Program-made: the position numbers and the translations under genes | Virus record (IMG/VR): IMGVR_UViG_3300031088_000758 | Length of the DNA: 64,000 nt | DNA from: a virus | Lineage: Duplodnaviria; Caudoviricetes | Strand: one strand, 5' to 3' | The notes under the pieces: model-generated | What the model saw: only the letters and a program-made list of their open reading frames with translations | Database searches by the model: none | What the model was told of the DNA's origin: nothing | Shown here: piece by piece, positions 9,243 through 19,037 of the stretch | Layout of the letters: the number at the start of each line of letters is the position of its first letter | How positions within the stretch are numbered: position 1 is the first letter of the stretch

Positions 9243-10799
9243 CTATTTGTTTGAATTTTTCTCGAAAATCTTGTCGAAAAGGTTAAATGCTTTTTCTCTC
9301 AATTCAGGATTATTTGTGATAGGTAAATGATCATAGTTATTGAACTTTTCCTTATTTAATAATCTATTGTCAATTCCTAATCTTGAGGAACTATAATGCT
9401 CAAAAAGTCGGGCAAAAATCTCGGTATTTGTTGAAAGATATTCCCTTCGACTCTGAGGTTCACCAGCTGGTATGTCCAAATTTTTAGTATATTCTTTGGC
9501 AATCTCTCTGAATTCAGGTCTTAATGAAGCATTATCTTTTGCAACAAGGTCAAGATAATGTCCATATTCGTGCACAAATGATTCTGAGGTGCGAACATCC
9601 ACTGCCAAAGAGTTTAAGGAGCTTGCGAAGAGCCCCGTTGCATTATGTTTGCCTAGTTTTTTAACAAATATGCGTGGCTCTCTTCCTTCTGGAATTGGAG
9701 GAAGCTTATCTTTTATCTCGTTGTAGGCTTTTTCAAAGTCCGCTAACTCGCCAGGATCAACATCATTATCTAATTCAACACTTTTAAAACTATTGTTTAA
9801 AGAGCTGTTTTTCATCATATCTTTGCGGATATCATCTGTATTCTTCTTTCTGTCAAAAACTCCTGCAATCTTTCCCGAATGTTCCCTAACGTATTTCTTT
9901 TGAGCAATGAAGTTAGAGCCTTCTAATTGAGCATCCTCTAACTTTAACAAAGCATCTGTTATCATGTTTCTCGAATAATCAGATTTTTTTGCTGTCATAA
10001 CAATTTCGTTCCGCAATGCCTCTGGAATCTCTTCGTTATCCTTAATTGCTTCAATAATAGCTTGGTTTTTCAACGCAAAATCTTTGCTTTCAGCTTCAAC
10101 ACTTTCGGTTTTTATAATAGTTTTTATAATGTTTATACCAGTCTTTTTTTCAGCGCGAGCATTTCCAGCCACTTTTCGTAAATCAAGTTTATTCCAATAT
10201 TTATAAGCTTTGAAATATTCATTACCTGTCCTGAATGCATAACGATTAATTTCAGCTCCCGCATTGCCATCAATCACAATTACTTCTTGATCTTCTAACT
10301 GCGCTTTCCAAGCTCTATTTGATTTAAAACCCTTTAAAAGTCTTTCGTCATTTATTTCTTGAATATTCTCAAATCCTTGTTCTGAAAGAAGTTGGATAGC
10401 CTTTTCGTTGTCAATTCCATTGTCAGAAGGCGCAGACAGTGAAGTGAGAAGTCTTGTACCTAATCCATTAACTCTTGTATAGCGAAGTTTTAACTCAGCT
10501 TCAGTAGCTTCGTTTTTAGCGAATTTTCCTCTTAAATCAGCATTAAAGAAACGGTTAGGTACACCTTCGAAATCTTCGTTAAATTGTTCTTCTTGTTTCT
10601 TGAACTCTTTTACAAAGGAATAACGAATCTTTTTATCTGTCAAACCGTGTTCCTTTGACAATTTTTCTTCTATGAAGGATTGTGCCTCTGAAACGTTAGT
10701 GTAGTGCCTTGTATCATCTTCGTCCTGATAAAACCTGCAGTTTGTTGGCTTTTTTGCTTTGCAAGGTTTCACCTCATCTTTGTTGTTTATATGGAACAC
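9243..10799 (-). CDS. HCCH-tagged protein; C-terminal zincin (HExxH)/LPD1-like polyvalent-protein domain
   Basis: N-term FHIN..C.A..C..HY..EA tag; FVHEYGHYLD and YLSTNTEIFARLFEHY. Confidence 0.8.
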   Translation of the reverse strand: MFHINNKDEVKPCKAKKPTNCRFYQDEDDTRHYTNVSEAQSFIEEKLSKEHGLTDKKIRYSFVKEFKKQEEQFNEDFEGVPNRFFNADLRGKFAKNEATEAELKLRYTRVNGLGTRLLTSLSAPSDNGIDNEKAIQLLSEQGFENIQEINDERLLKGFKSNRAWKAQLEDQEVIVIDGNAGAEINRYAFRTGNEYFKAYKYWNKLDLRKVAGNARAEKKTGINIIKTIIKTESVEAESKDFALKNQAIIEAIKDNEEIPEALRNEIVMTAKKSDYSRNMITDALLKLEDAQLEGSNFIAQKKYVREHSGKIAGVFDRKKNTDDIRKDMMKNSSLNNSFKSVELDNDVDPGELADFEKAYNEIKDKLPPIPEGREPRIFVKKLGKHNATGLFASSLNSLAVDVRTSESFVHEYGHYLDLVAKDNASLRPEFREIAKEYTKNLDIPAGEPQSRREYLSTNTEIFARLFEHYSSSRLGIDNRLLNKEKFNNYDHLPITNNPELREKAFNLFDKIFEKNSNK

Positions 10800-10894
10800 T
10801 TTAACTCCCTAATATGGCAAGAATATGTCTGATTTGACTTTATAGTATATTTTCTATATTATATAAATAATGTCTTTCGTTATAGGAGTGGATT

Positions 10895-12004
10895 ATGCAA
10901 GTTTTGAAAAGAACACCTGCTATGGTTATTTTTTTTATGTTTTTTGTAGGGTTAATTTTTGTTCCAGCGTCAGCTAATGCTCAAGGTTTTAAAGATGTGA
11001 AAAATGGGCAGGCATATAGCAAAGAAATCACTAGGATGAGTAATTTGAAGATAACTTCTGGTTACGGAGATGGAACTTATCGACCTAATTCATCTGTTCA
11101 ACGTGATCATATGATTGTCTTTATTTATCGAGCTATGGGTTCTCCCTCGTACAACCCGCCAAAAAAATCGCCTTTTACTGACATTGATTCTAAGAATCCT
11201 TATTACAAGGAAATCATGTGGGCACATAAAGAAGGTATTACTTCAGGTTATGCAATGAAGAACGGAACGAAACAGTTTCGACCTAAAACAAAGGTGCGTA
11301 GAGATCATATGGCTGTGTTCTTGATGAATGCTTCAAATGATAAAAAACCTTCAGTTAAGAGCAAGCCGTTTAAAGATGTCAAGAAAAACTATGCTTATGC
11401 TAAAGAAATCCAATGGATGAAAAACAATGGTATCTCCACAGGTACAGGAAGTGGTCATTACAAACCTAAATCAAACACTACTCGTGGTCATATGGCTGTG
11501 TTTATTACTAGTTGGTTTGATTATTCTGTCTGGCCTAATATGGCTTCTTCTAAAGAGCAAAAAGATTGGACAGCAAGCCTTCCAAAAGCTTGTAAAAATA
11601 TTGAAATTCGTGACTTTGTGAATACTAATCCGAACAAAAATGGTGCTTCCTTCAACGCTAGTGTCAAATATGATGGTAATGGTGTTATGTACTATACGTT
11701 GAAGATTAATGGCAATATGAAGCCAAGTTCTGCAGCTGCTAAGGCGCTTATGAAGCATGAGTGTGGACATGTTCTTATGGGCATTTACTCTGATAATAAG
11801 GGGCGTTCTGTTTTTCGTGCGCAACTTGATAAAGGATGGCCAGCATCAAACACATTACGTGTAGAACATGCTGCAGACTGCATTGCAGATCAGCTAGGTG
11901 CTGTTCGTCAAACCAGTAATTATAAAGTAGGATATGGAACTAAATGTTCATCTGCTCAAAAGAACGTAGCAAAGAATATTGTAAACTATTCACAATATAG
12001 ATGA
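10895..12004 (+). CDS. secreted 3xSLH protein with C-terminal HExxH domain
   Basis: signal peptide (ANA), three F.DV..GIT.G..Y.P..R..MA.F repeats, MKHECGHVLM. Confidence 0.88.
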   Translation: MQVLKRTPAMVIFFMFFVGLIFVPASANAQGFKDVKNGQAYSKEITRMSNLKITSGYGDGTYRPNSSVQRDHMIVFIYRAMGSPSYNPPKKSPFTDIDSKNPYYKEIMWAHKEGITSGYAMKNGTKQFRPKTKVRRDHMAVFLMNASNDKKPSVKSKPFKDVKKNYAYAKEIQWMKNNGISTGTGSGHYKPKSNTTRGHMAVFITSWFDYSVWPNMASSKEQKDWTASLPKACKNIEIRDFVNTNPNKNGASFNASVKYDGNGVMYYTLKINGNMKPSSAAAKALMKHECGHVLMGIYSDNKGRSVFRAQLDKGWPASNTLRVEHAADCIADQLGAVRQTSNYKVGYGTKCSSAQKNVAKNIVNYSQYR

Positions 12005-12086
12005 AATCAAATTTAAAATACTTAATTTTATCTTTCAATATGTTAGATATGATATAAGATATTAAAACAAAAAGGAACCTAATAAA

Positions 12087-13379
12087 ATGATAAAAACAAT
12101 CCATAAAAGATTGCTGTCCATCACTGCTAGTTCTGTCCTTGTAGGAATGATGTTTGCTGCTGGTTTATCACCAGCTATGGCTGACCCTGGTTCTTCTGAT
12201 CCTCTTCATGAAGATGGAATTTCGGAAGAAACTACTGAAACAGTTATTGAAGCTGATGAATTGCAAGAAGCATTAGAGACAAAAGACAGTGACCCCCTTG
12301 TGTTTCATGGTAGTGCTTCTACTACAGCCGCCAAAATCAAGTTTAAGGACGTTAACAAGTCCACTATTTTTTATAACGAGATTACTCAACTTGCGGATTA
12401 TGGCGTGACTGAAGGTTGGAAGAATAAGGATGGTTCTAGAAGGTACGAACCATTGTCAGAAGTTAAACGGGATGCTGTGATTGTGTTCCTATATCGTGCG
12501 ATGGGTTCACCAGAATACACTGCGCCTAAGAAATCACCTTTTGCTGATGTGAAGACAAATAACGTTTTTTACAAAGAAATTGCCTGGGCGCATGATACAG
12601 GCATTTCTACGGGGTGGAAAATGAAGGATGGAACACGTCAGTTTAGGCCACATCAAAATGTTAAGCGTGATGCTATGGCTGCATTCTTAATGAGAGCTAG
12701 CGGAGATAAAGCGCCTTCATATAAAAAAGCTTTTAAAGATGTTTCAGCTAACACGGTTTTTGCAGCCGAAATTCAGTGGATGAAAGATAAAGGTATTTCT
12801 ACTGGTTGGGCTAATGGAACTTATCAGCCCTTGTCTAATACGAAGCGTGATGCTATGGCAGCATTCATGATTCGATGGTTGGATAAAACTCCTCCTTCTA
12901 CTTCTAAAACCCGTAAAGCAACGGTGAAAGAACAAGAAGATTGGACTTCTTATTTACCTTCTGCATGTCAAAAAATCGAAATCAGAAACTTTAGAATCAC
13001 AAATCCCTCTAAGAAGAGCGCTTCCTTCAACGCAAGCGTGACATATGACAAAAATGGAGAAATGTATTATAGTTTGTCAATTGATGGTAATTTGCCTTAC
13101 TATTCAGCACCTGCTAAGGCACTTATGAAGCATGAGTGTGGACATGTTCTTATGGGTATCTATTCCGATACCAAAGGGCGTTCTGCGTTTCGTGCTGAAC
13201 TTGATAAAGGATGGCCTGCATCAAACACATTGCGCGTAGAAAACGCTGCTGATTGTATTGCTGATGAATTAGGTGCTATTCGACAAACTAGTAGTTACAA
13301 AGTAGGATATGGAACTAAATGTTCATCCGCTCAAAAGAATGTAGCAAAAACAATCACAAATTATTCAAAAAATCGTTGA
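12087..13379 (+). CDS. secreted 3xSLH protein with C-terminal HExxH domain
   Basis: signal peptide (AMA), KRDAMAAF SLH repeats, MKHECGHVLM. Confidence 0.88.
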   Translation: MIKTIHKRLLSITASSVLVGMMFAAGLSPAMADPGSSDPLHEDGISEETTETVIEADELQEALETKDSDPLVFHGSASTTAAKIKFKDVNKSTIFYNEITQLADYGVTEGWKNKDGSRRYEPLSEVKRDAVIVFLYRAMGSPEYTAPKKSPFADVKTNNVFYKEIAWAHDTGISTGWKMKDGTRQFRPHQNVKRDAMAAFLMRASGDKAPSYKKAFKDVSANTVFAAEIQWMKDKGISTGWANGTYQPLSNTKRDAMAAFMIRWLDKTPPSTSKTRKATVKEQEDWTSYLPSACQKIEIRNFRITNPSKKSASFNASVTYDKNGEMYYSLSIDGNLPYYSAPAKALMKHECGHVLMGIYSDTKGRSAFRAELDKGWPASNTLRVENAADCIADELGAIRQTSSYKVGYGTKCSSAQKNVAKTITNYSKNR

Positions 13380-13387
13380 ATGTAAAT

Positions 13388-13436
13388 AAAAATAAAATTA
13401 TCTTACATAAAACTACTGTAAGATAATTTTATTTTT
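13388..13436 (+). terminator. inverted repeat, probable terminator
   Basis: 20-bp IR directly after stop. Confidence 0.6.
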
Positions 13437-13525
13437 TCTAAGTTAGAAATAAAAAGCGTAATAAGATATTATAAAAACGTGCCATGATTGAAAAATTCAA
13501 TATGGTTAAATACAAGGAAAAACAA

Positions 13526-14320
13526 ATGAAAAAAATATTTTCTATAATTGCTCTTATCGTAACAAGTGTTATGTTAAGCTCTCTAGCAGCTCCTGCAATG
13601 GCAGCTCAGCCTTTATATACAGTAGCAAAGACTACTACTCAAACTGTTGTTAAAAGCAATACTTTGAACATGCGATCAGGTGCTAGCACTAAGCATAAAG
13701 TTGTAAAAAACCTTAAAAAGAACAATGTTGTTTCTAAAACTGGCAAAAAATCAGGAAAATGGGTTCAAATCAAAGTTAGCAAAACAACAGGATGGGTTCA
13801 CTCTTCTTATTTAACTGCCAAGAAATCAACTAGTTATGCTCCTGCTAAGCCCCGAGTGGCGACAGCAAGTGAACAAAAAGCATGGACAGCTAGCCTTCCT
13901 GCTGCCTGTAAAAAAGTTCAAATTAAAGAATTTATTCATGTTAACAAAAACAAGAATGGGGCTTCTTTTAAAGCAAGTGCCAAATACGATAGTAAAGGAA
14001 AGATGTACTTTACTTTAAGCATTGATGGTAATATGAAACCTACTGATGGTGCAGCTAAGGCACTTATGAAGCATGAGTGTGGACATGTTCTTATGGATAT
14101 CTATTCAAAAGGCAAAGGAAAAACTAACTTCCAGAATACTCTTAGCAAAGGATGGGCATCTTCAAACAAAATGAGAGTTGAAAATGCAGCTGATTGTATT
14201 GCTGATCAGTTAGGTGCTGTTCGTCAAACCAAAAATTATAAAGTAGGGTACGGAACTAAATGTTCATCTGCTCAAAAGAACGTAGCAAAGACAATCACTA
14301 ATTACTCTAAGAATCGTTGA
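13526..14320 (+). CDS. secreted SH3b protein with C-terminal HExxH domain
   Basis: signal peptide, LNMRSGAST..WVQI..GWVHSSYL SH3b, MKHECGHVLM. Confidence 0.88.
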   Translation: MKKIFSIIALIVTSVMLSSLAAPAMAAQPLYTVAKTTTQTVVKSNTLNMRSGASTKHKVVKNLKKNNVVSKTGKKSGKWVQIKVSKTTGWVHSSYLTAKKSTSYAPAKPRVATASEQKAWTASLPAACKKVQIKEFIHVNKNKNGASFKASAKYDSKGKMYFTLSIDGNMKPTDGAAKALMKHECGHVLMDIYSKGKGKTNFQNTLSKGWASSNKMRVENAADCIADQLGAVRQTKNYKVGYGTKCSSAQKNVAKTITNYSKNR

Positions 14321-14336
14321 TTTTAACTAAACATTA

Positions 14337-14381
14337 AAAGCTGGGGATAAAAGCTAAATAATAGCTTTTATCCCCAGCTTT
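14337..14381. terminator. intrinsic terminator
   Basis: 20-bp perfect IR AAAGCTGGGGATAAAAGCTA. Confidence 0.8.
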
Positions 14382-14452
14382 CTAGATATAATTAACTAAT
14401 AACTGTGTTTGATAAGATTATACAAATAGAACCAATGGATACTGAGGTTAAG

Positions 14453-15523
14453 ATGATACGTTTTGAAGATTTACAGAATAAAATTAATGGTTTAGTGTAC
14501 GGCTCAGCTTTAGGTGATGCATGGGGTTATAAAACAGAATTTCAAAAATTCGATAGTATTAAAAGAAATCCCGCTCCTATACCCGAAGAATTAGTGGTTT
14601 CAGATGACACACAGATGAGCATTTACACTATAAAGGCAATTGAAGAATTGTTCAACCAATATAGCATTCATGAAATAGATAATATTGCTTATAATGTAGA
14701 GCTTCAAAATTTTGCGAGAAAAACTTTTGCTAAACATTATTCTGAGTGGTATTCTGATCCTAGAAATAATCGAGCGCCAGGAACTACTTGTATTCAGTCA
14801 TTGCAAAAATATATTAAAACTGAAATAAAGCTACGTGGAAATGAAGGTAGTTGGGGTAATAATAAAAAAGGGTGTGGCACAATAATGCGTGCTCCATGGA
14901 TAGGAGCTCTGCCTCTGAAAAGAGAAACTATTGCAGTGCTATCAATTCTCCAGTCAGAAACCACACATGCTCACCCTACAGCTGGTATCTCTTCTGCTGT
15001 AGCTTCATTAATGGTCAACGATTTATTCAATGAAACATATAATTTATTAGGAAATGACGAAGCCTTTAGAATTGCTTTTAAAATAGTAGAAGAAATTAAA
15101 AGAATAGAGATTCCTTTGGTTGAAAATTCTTTATTAGGCATTCAAGAAGTAGAGAACACTCTAATTGACAGCGTTAATAAATGGGAGTTATTTTTCCATT
15201 CACAAGATGACTATGATATGAATGTTTATTTTGGTGAAGGGTGGATAGCGGAAGAGGCATTGGCTAACTCGATAGCATCTGTAAGTTTGTATTCACCTTC
15301 TTTTTTGAACAATTCTTTAAAAGGTGTTCAAAGATTAGTTTATACTAATGGAGATTCAGATAGTATAGCATCAATAGGTGGGGCTTTCTTAGGTGTTTAC
15401 AATGGTTATAATTCTTTTGATTATCACATAAAAGAAGACATTGAAGAATACTACAAAAGTGAACTTAAATATGTATCAAATTTTCTTATTGACACGATAA
15501 AAGATAATGTTGAAATATATTGA
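14453..15523 (+). CDS. ADP-ribosylglycohydrolase (DraG/ARH family)
   Basis: GSALGDAWG, SDDTQM, GCGTIMR, TTH.HP, NGDSDSIASIGGAFLG. Confidence 0.92.
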   Translation: MIRFEDLQNKINGLVYGSALGDAWGYKTEFQKFDSIKRNPAPIPEELVVSDDTQMSIYTIKAIEELFNQYSIHEIDNIAYNVELQNFARKTFAKHYSEWYSDPRNNRAPGTTCIQSLQKYIKTEIKLRGNEGSWGNNKKGCGTIMRAPWIGALPLKRETIAVLSILQSETTHAHPTAGISSAVASLMVNDLFNETYNLLGNDEAFRIAFKIVEEIKRIEIPLVENSLLGIQEVENTLIDSVNKWELFFHSQDDYDMNVYFGEGWIAEEALANSIASVSLYSPSFLNNSLKGVQRLVYTNGDSDSIASIGGAFLGVYNGYNSFDYHIKEDIEEYYKSELKYVSNFLIDTIKDNVEIY

Positions 15524-15640
15524 TTTTTATCATGGGTTATGTTTTTATTGTATAATTTTATTTTCTATTTAGATATAACATAGAGTTGTTTAAGCAACTT
15601 TTCTTTCGTTAATAAAATAACAAAAAGGATTATATAACAT

Positions 15641-17695
15641 ATGAAAAGCATAAAAAAGAAAATTTATATTACAGCTGCTGTTCTTGCAGCTACAGCACCT
15701 GCTTTGATAGGTGTTCCAGCATTAGCTGATCCGATAACAAACTCTGATACGGTTGCCTCCTCAGGACAGGAGGCAACCGTAAAGCTTATTATTGCTAGTC
15801 TGAGTATTCGAGATATTCCAGATGCTTCCGGTGAAAGACTTGGTGTAATTTCCAGAAATACACCTGCTGTTGTTACAGGAAACGTTGAAGGAAAATATAC
15901 AGAAATATTTCATGAAGGTATTACTGGTTGGGTAGAAACACGTTTTGTGAAAGATTACGAAGGTGAAGCCCCTCAATTACCTCAACCTGAAGAACCTATT
16001 GAAGAAACTTCCGAAACAGTTCAAATTATTGCTAGTTTAAGCATTCGTGAAAAGGCTGACTCTACAAGTACTAGATTAGGTGTAGTTCCAAGATTGTCTA
16101 TTGCTAAGACTACAGGAAAAACAGAAGGAAGCTATTCAGAGATTACTTATAATGGTATTACTGGTTGGGTAGAAACACGTTTTGTAAAAGATTACGAAGG
16201 TGAATTGCCTGAAGAGCCAACTACACCTGAACCTGAAACACCTGAACCTGAAACACCTGAAACTGGGACAAAAGAAACAGTTCAAATCATTGCTAGTTTA
16301 AGCATCCGTGAAAACGCTGATTCTACAAGCACTAGACTAGGTGTAGTTCCAAGGCTATCTATTGCTAAGACCACAGGTGAAGTTGAAGGAAAATATTCTA
16401 GAATCGTTTACGAAGATCTTACTGGTTGGGTAGAGACACGCTTCGTGAAAGACTATGAAGGTGAATTGCCTGAAGAGCCAACAACTCCTACTCCTGAACC
16501 TGAGACACCTATTGAAGATACAACAGATGCCAGAAGAACAGTCACTGCTAGTATCAGTCTCTTCAAAACAGGTGAAGCAAATGAAAGAATCGCTGGTGTA
16601 GTCAGAAACACTAATGTTACGGTTACAGGAAAAACTTATGGTAAGTATACCGAAGTTTCCGTTGATGGTCTTATTGGTTGGGTAGAATCAAGATTTGTTA
16701 AAGAATATGACGCTGAATTTGATGTAACACCTTCTGAAGACTTAAACCCTTCTGATAAGGGAAGTGTTGCTGAATTAGGAAAACAAGAAGTAAGAAGCCC
16801 TAATGCTTATTTCTACCAAAAAGCTGACGCTAAGAGTTTAGTTGTTGCTAAACTTCCTAAGTATTCTGTTGTTGAAGTTTTGGAAATTGATGGTCCATGG
16901 GCAAAGGCTAAACTTGAAAACGGAAAAGAAGGATATGTTGTTGTAACTCACTTAGGTGAATATGTTGCTGATACTTATTCCAAATGGAAACTATCAACTG
17001 ATAGAATGATTCACATCTATGATACAAATGAATCAGGAAGAACAAAAATAACTTCTGAAACTGCGGGAAGACCAATTGAAGTTCTAGAAACTAAAGGTAC
17101 TTGGACTAAGGTTAGAATTTATGACGGAACAAGCACTAGAATTACTGATGGAACTGTTGGTTGGACTCAAACTTCAAAATTAAAGAATTTCAATCCTAGT
17201 GAAGTTACATCAAATGCTTATTATCAGCCTGCAAGCGAAAGAGTTCAACGTCAATGGACTGATGCTCTTCCTAGTGTTTGTAAAGACACTACAATTGCTC
17301 AGGTAGATATAAAGAACACTGATAAAACTGGTGCTAGTTATATTTTCTCCACAAAAGTTGATAGTGAAGGCGGAAACTTCTTCATCATTACTATTGATGG
17401 AAATATTGATCCATTTAGTGAAACTGGTCAAGCAATCATGAAGCATGAATGTGGACATGTTCTTATGACTAAATACGATCAAGAACATGGACGCACTGCT
17501 TGGAGAGCTTTCTTAGACCGTGGATGGCCAAATCGTGAAGCAAGTAGAGTAGAAAACTTAGCAGATTGTATTGCTGATGAGTTAGGTGCTACTCGCGGTG
17601 GAGTTGGTTATGGTACAAGATGTACAGATGCTCAAAAACAATTGGCTAAAGAATTAGTTGATATGTATGCACCTGATGCACGTGAAAATTCTTGA
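15641..17695 (+). CDS. secreted multi-SH3b (about 6) protein with C-terminal HExxH domain
   Basis: signal peptide, repeated SLSIR..GWVETRFVK units, PEPET linkers, MKHECGHVLM. Confidence 0.88.
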   Translation: MKSIKKKIYITAAVLAATAPALIGVPALADPITNSDTVASSGQEATVKLIIASLSIRDIPDASGERLGVISRNTPAVVTGNVEGKYTEIFHEGITGWVETRFVKDYEGEAPQLPQPEEPIEETSETVQIIASLSIREKADSTSTRLGVVPRLSIAKTTGKTEGSYSEITYNGITGWVETRFVKDYEGELPEEPTTPEPETPEPETPETGTKETVQIIASLSIRENADSTSTRLGVVPRLSIAKTTGEVEGKYSRIVYEDLTGWVETRFVKDYEGELPEEPTTPTPEPETPIEDTTDARRTVTASISLFKTGEANERIAGVVRNTNVTVTGKTYGKYTEVSVDGLIGWVESRFVKEYDAEFDVTPSEDLNPSDKGSVAELGKQEVRSPNAYFYQKADAKSLVVAKLPKYSVVEVLEIDGPWAKAKLENGKEGYVVVTHLGEYVADTYSKWKLSTDRMIHIYDTNESGRTKITSETAGRPIEVLETKGTWTKVRIYDGTSTRITDGTVGWTQTSKLKNFNPSEVTSNAYYQPASERVQRQWTDALPSVCKDTTIAQVDIKNTDKTGASYIFSTKVDSEGGNFFIITIDGNIDPFSETGQAIMKHECGHVLMTKYDQEHGRTAWRAFLDRGWPNREASRVENLADCIADELGATRGGVGYGTRCTDAQKQLAKELVDMYAPDARENS

Positions 17696-17726
17696 AAATC
17701 ATTTTAAAAAGATAAAACGATAACAA

Positions 17727-17776
17727 ACAACAAAAAGCACCAAAACTTTTAATTTAGTTTTGGTGCTTTTTGTTGT
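17727..17776. terminator. bidirectional terminator
   Basis: 21-bp perfect IR between convergent genes. Confidence 0.8.
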
Positions 17777-17946
17777 CACTTAGCAGCGTTTAAACATCTG
17801 CGTCCCTTGCTAGCACATACACTCTTCTTTCGGCATCGCCATACCTTCTTGCCGGAGTAATTGTTCCGCTGCCACATGAACTTCGCTCTACGAGTCCTGC
17901 GGCACCGAGTACAAGTATGAAGCATAGTATCCTTCTCGTCATTCAT
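17776..17946 (-). CDS. 56-aa basic Cys-rich small protein (not in ORF track)
   Basis: MNDEKDTMLHTCTRCRRTRRAKFMWQRNNYSGKKVWRCRKKSVCASKGRRCLNAAK; RBS AGGAGG; TTGACA/TATAAT-like promoter upstream. Confidence 0.7.
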   Translation of the reverse strand: MNDEKDTMLHTCTRCRRTRRAKFMWQRNNYSGKKVWRCRKKSVCASKGRRCLNAAK

Positions 17947-18090
17947 AACAACATCCTCCTGGCCTTAAACTCTTGTGTAATAATTTTATTATATCATAAA
18001 TACAATATTCTTGTCAAATTCCTCAAAAAAGCCTCTTAACCTTAGTCAAAACGTAAAAATATTCTCTATAAAAAATCCTTAAAACACCTT

Positions 18091-18147
18091 AGAAAATATA
18101 CCCCAAAAAGATTCCTATTTAACAACGCTTTTTGGGCTATATTTTTA
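18091..18147. repeat. palindromic element copy 1 (about 20-bp arms, 17-nt spacer)
   Basis: AGAAAATATACCCCAAAAAG-N17-CTTTTTGGGCTATATTTTTA; related to 40521-40577. Confidence 0.7.
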
Positions 18148-18275
18148 TATTTTTAGAAGCTTTTAACGAAAAACGTTTTTTAGGGTAAGAGGGGACCAAA
18201 CTTAAGAAATAATTCGCCACAATGCTTTACATGGTTTTAGTTGCCACTCATCTTATTGTTTCACAAGGAATAATC

Positions 18276-18929
18276 TCATATGAATTTGAGAGAACTTGAA
18301 TCTTTTGATTTTGTATGAACATCACCGTTTTTAAAACCTATTGTTATATGTAAATTATGTTTAGGTAATTCGAGTCCTCTTCTGTATTCATCAATCTCTT
18401 TTGAATCAGCTGTAATGAACCATGCTTCCTTATCGTTGTCAGATACAGAACCAATTCCAGTTAAAGCAACACTGAAATCAGGTAGATCAATATTTTGACC
18501 TTTTTTCTTTAAACTTCTGGTTTCTTTAGGAGATAAAGCTGTAATGTGAAAATGATATCCTCCATCACGATTGATTTTAGCCTCTTCCATTTCTTGGGCT
18601 AAATCATTTCCAATTTCATTTCGCCACACTTTTAAATATTGCTGAATTGATTCTTCGGGAATACTTAACCCATAATAACTACCACCCTTTTTAGCCTTAA
18701 GACGTGAAGATAGTGTAATTTGAGGAAGATTTACTTTTTTAGGAAAACCATTATTGCTCTTCTTATATAGAACTGTTTGTGAAAGATTCAACATTTTCTC
18801 TTCGTAAATTTTCTGTGCTTCTTGCACGTTGTCATAATGAGAATCGTTCGAATCTCTTGTGATAGGGCAATTTCCCTTTTTAGCTGAACATAGTTTAGGT
18901 CCATCTTCTGTTATATGATAATTATTCAT
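18276..18929 (-). CDS. HCCH-tagged 2H phosphoesterase
   Basis: N-term tag; two HxT motifs (FHITALS, LHITIGF). Confidence 0.85.
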   Translation of the reverse strand: MNNYHITEDGPKLCSAKKGNCPITRDSNDSHYDNVQEAQKIYEEKMLNLSQTVLYKKSNNGFPKKVNLPQITLSSRLKAKKGGSYYGLSIPEESIQQYLKVWRNEIGNDLAQEMEEAKINRDGGYHFHITALSPKETRSLKKKGQNIDLPDFSVALTGIGSVSDNDKEAWFITADSKEIDEYRRGLELPKHNLHITIGFKNGDVHTKSKDSSSLKFI

Positions 18930-19037
18930 AACTAGTATTCCTTAAGTCTTTATAAGCATATAGTAATATTATCTAATGAATTGTTAATTTCACTAACATA
19001 AATTACCTAAAAAGTGGATAGTGTTTTTGTAAAAAGT

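Noticed and set aside
11740-14320. Near-identical DNA blocks as a diversity-generating retroelement TR/VR
   Set aside because: They are paralogous coding domains. Differences are not adenine-specific and no reverse transcriptase is present in the window.
16226-16263. 15-bp tandem repeat
   Set aside because: It encodes the PEPET linker between SH3b domains, an ordinary coding repeat.
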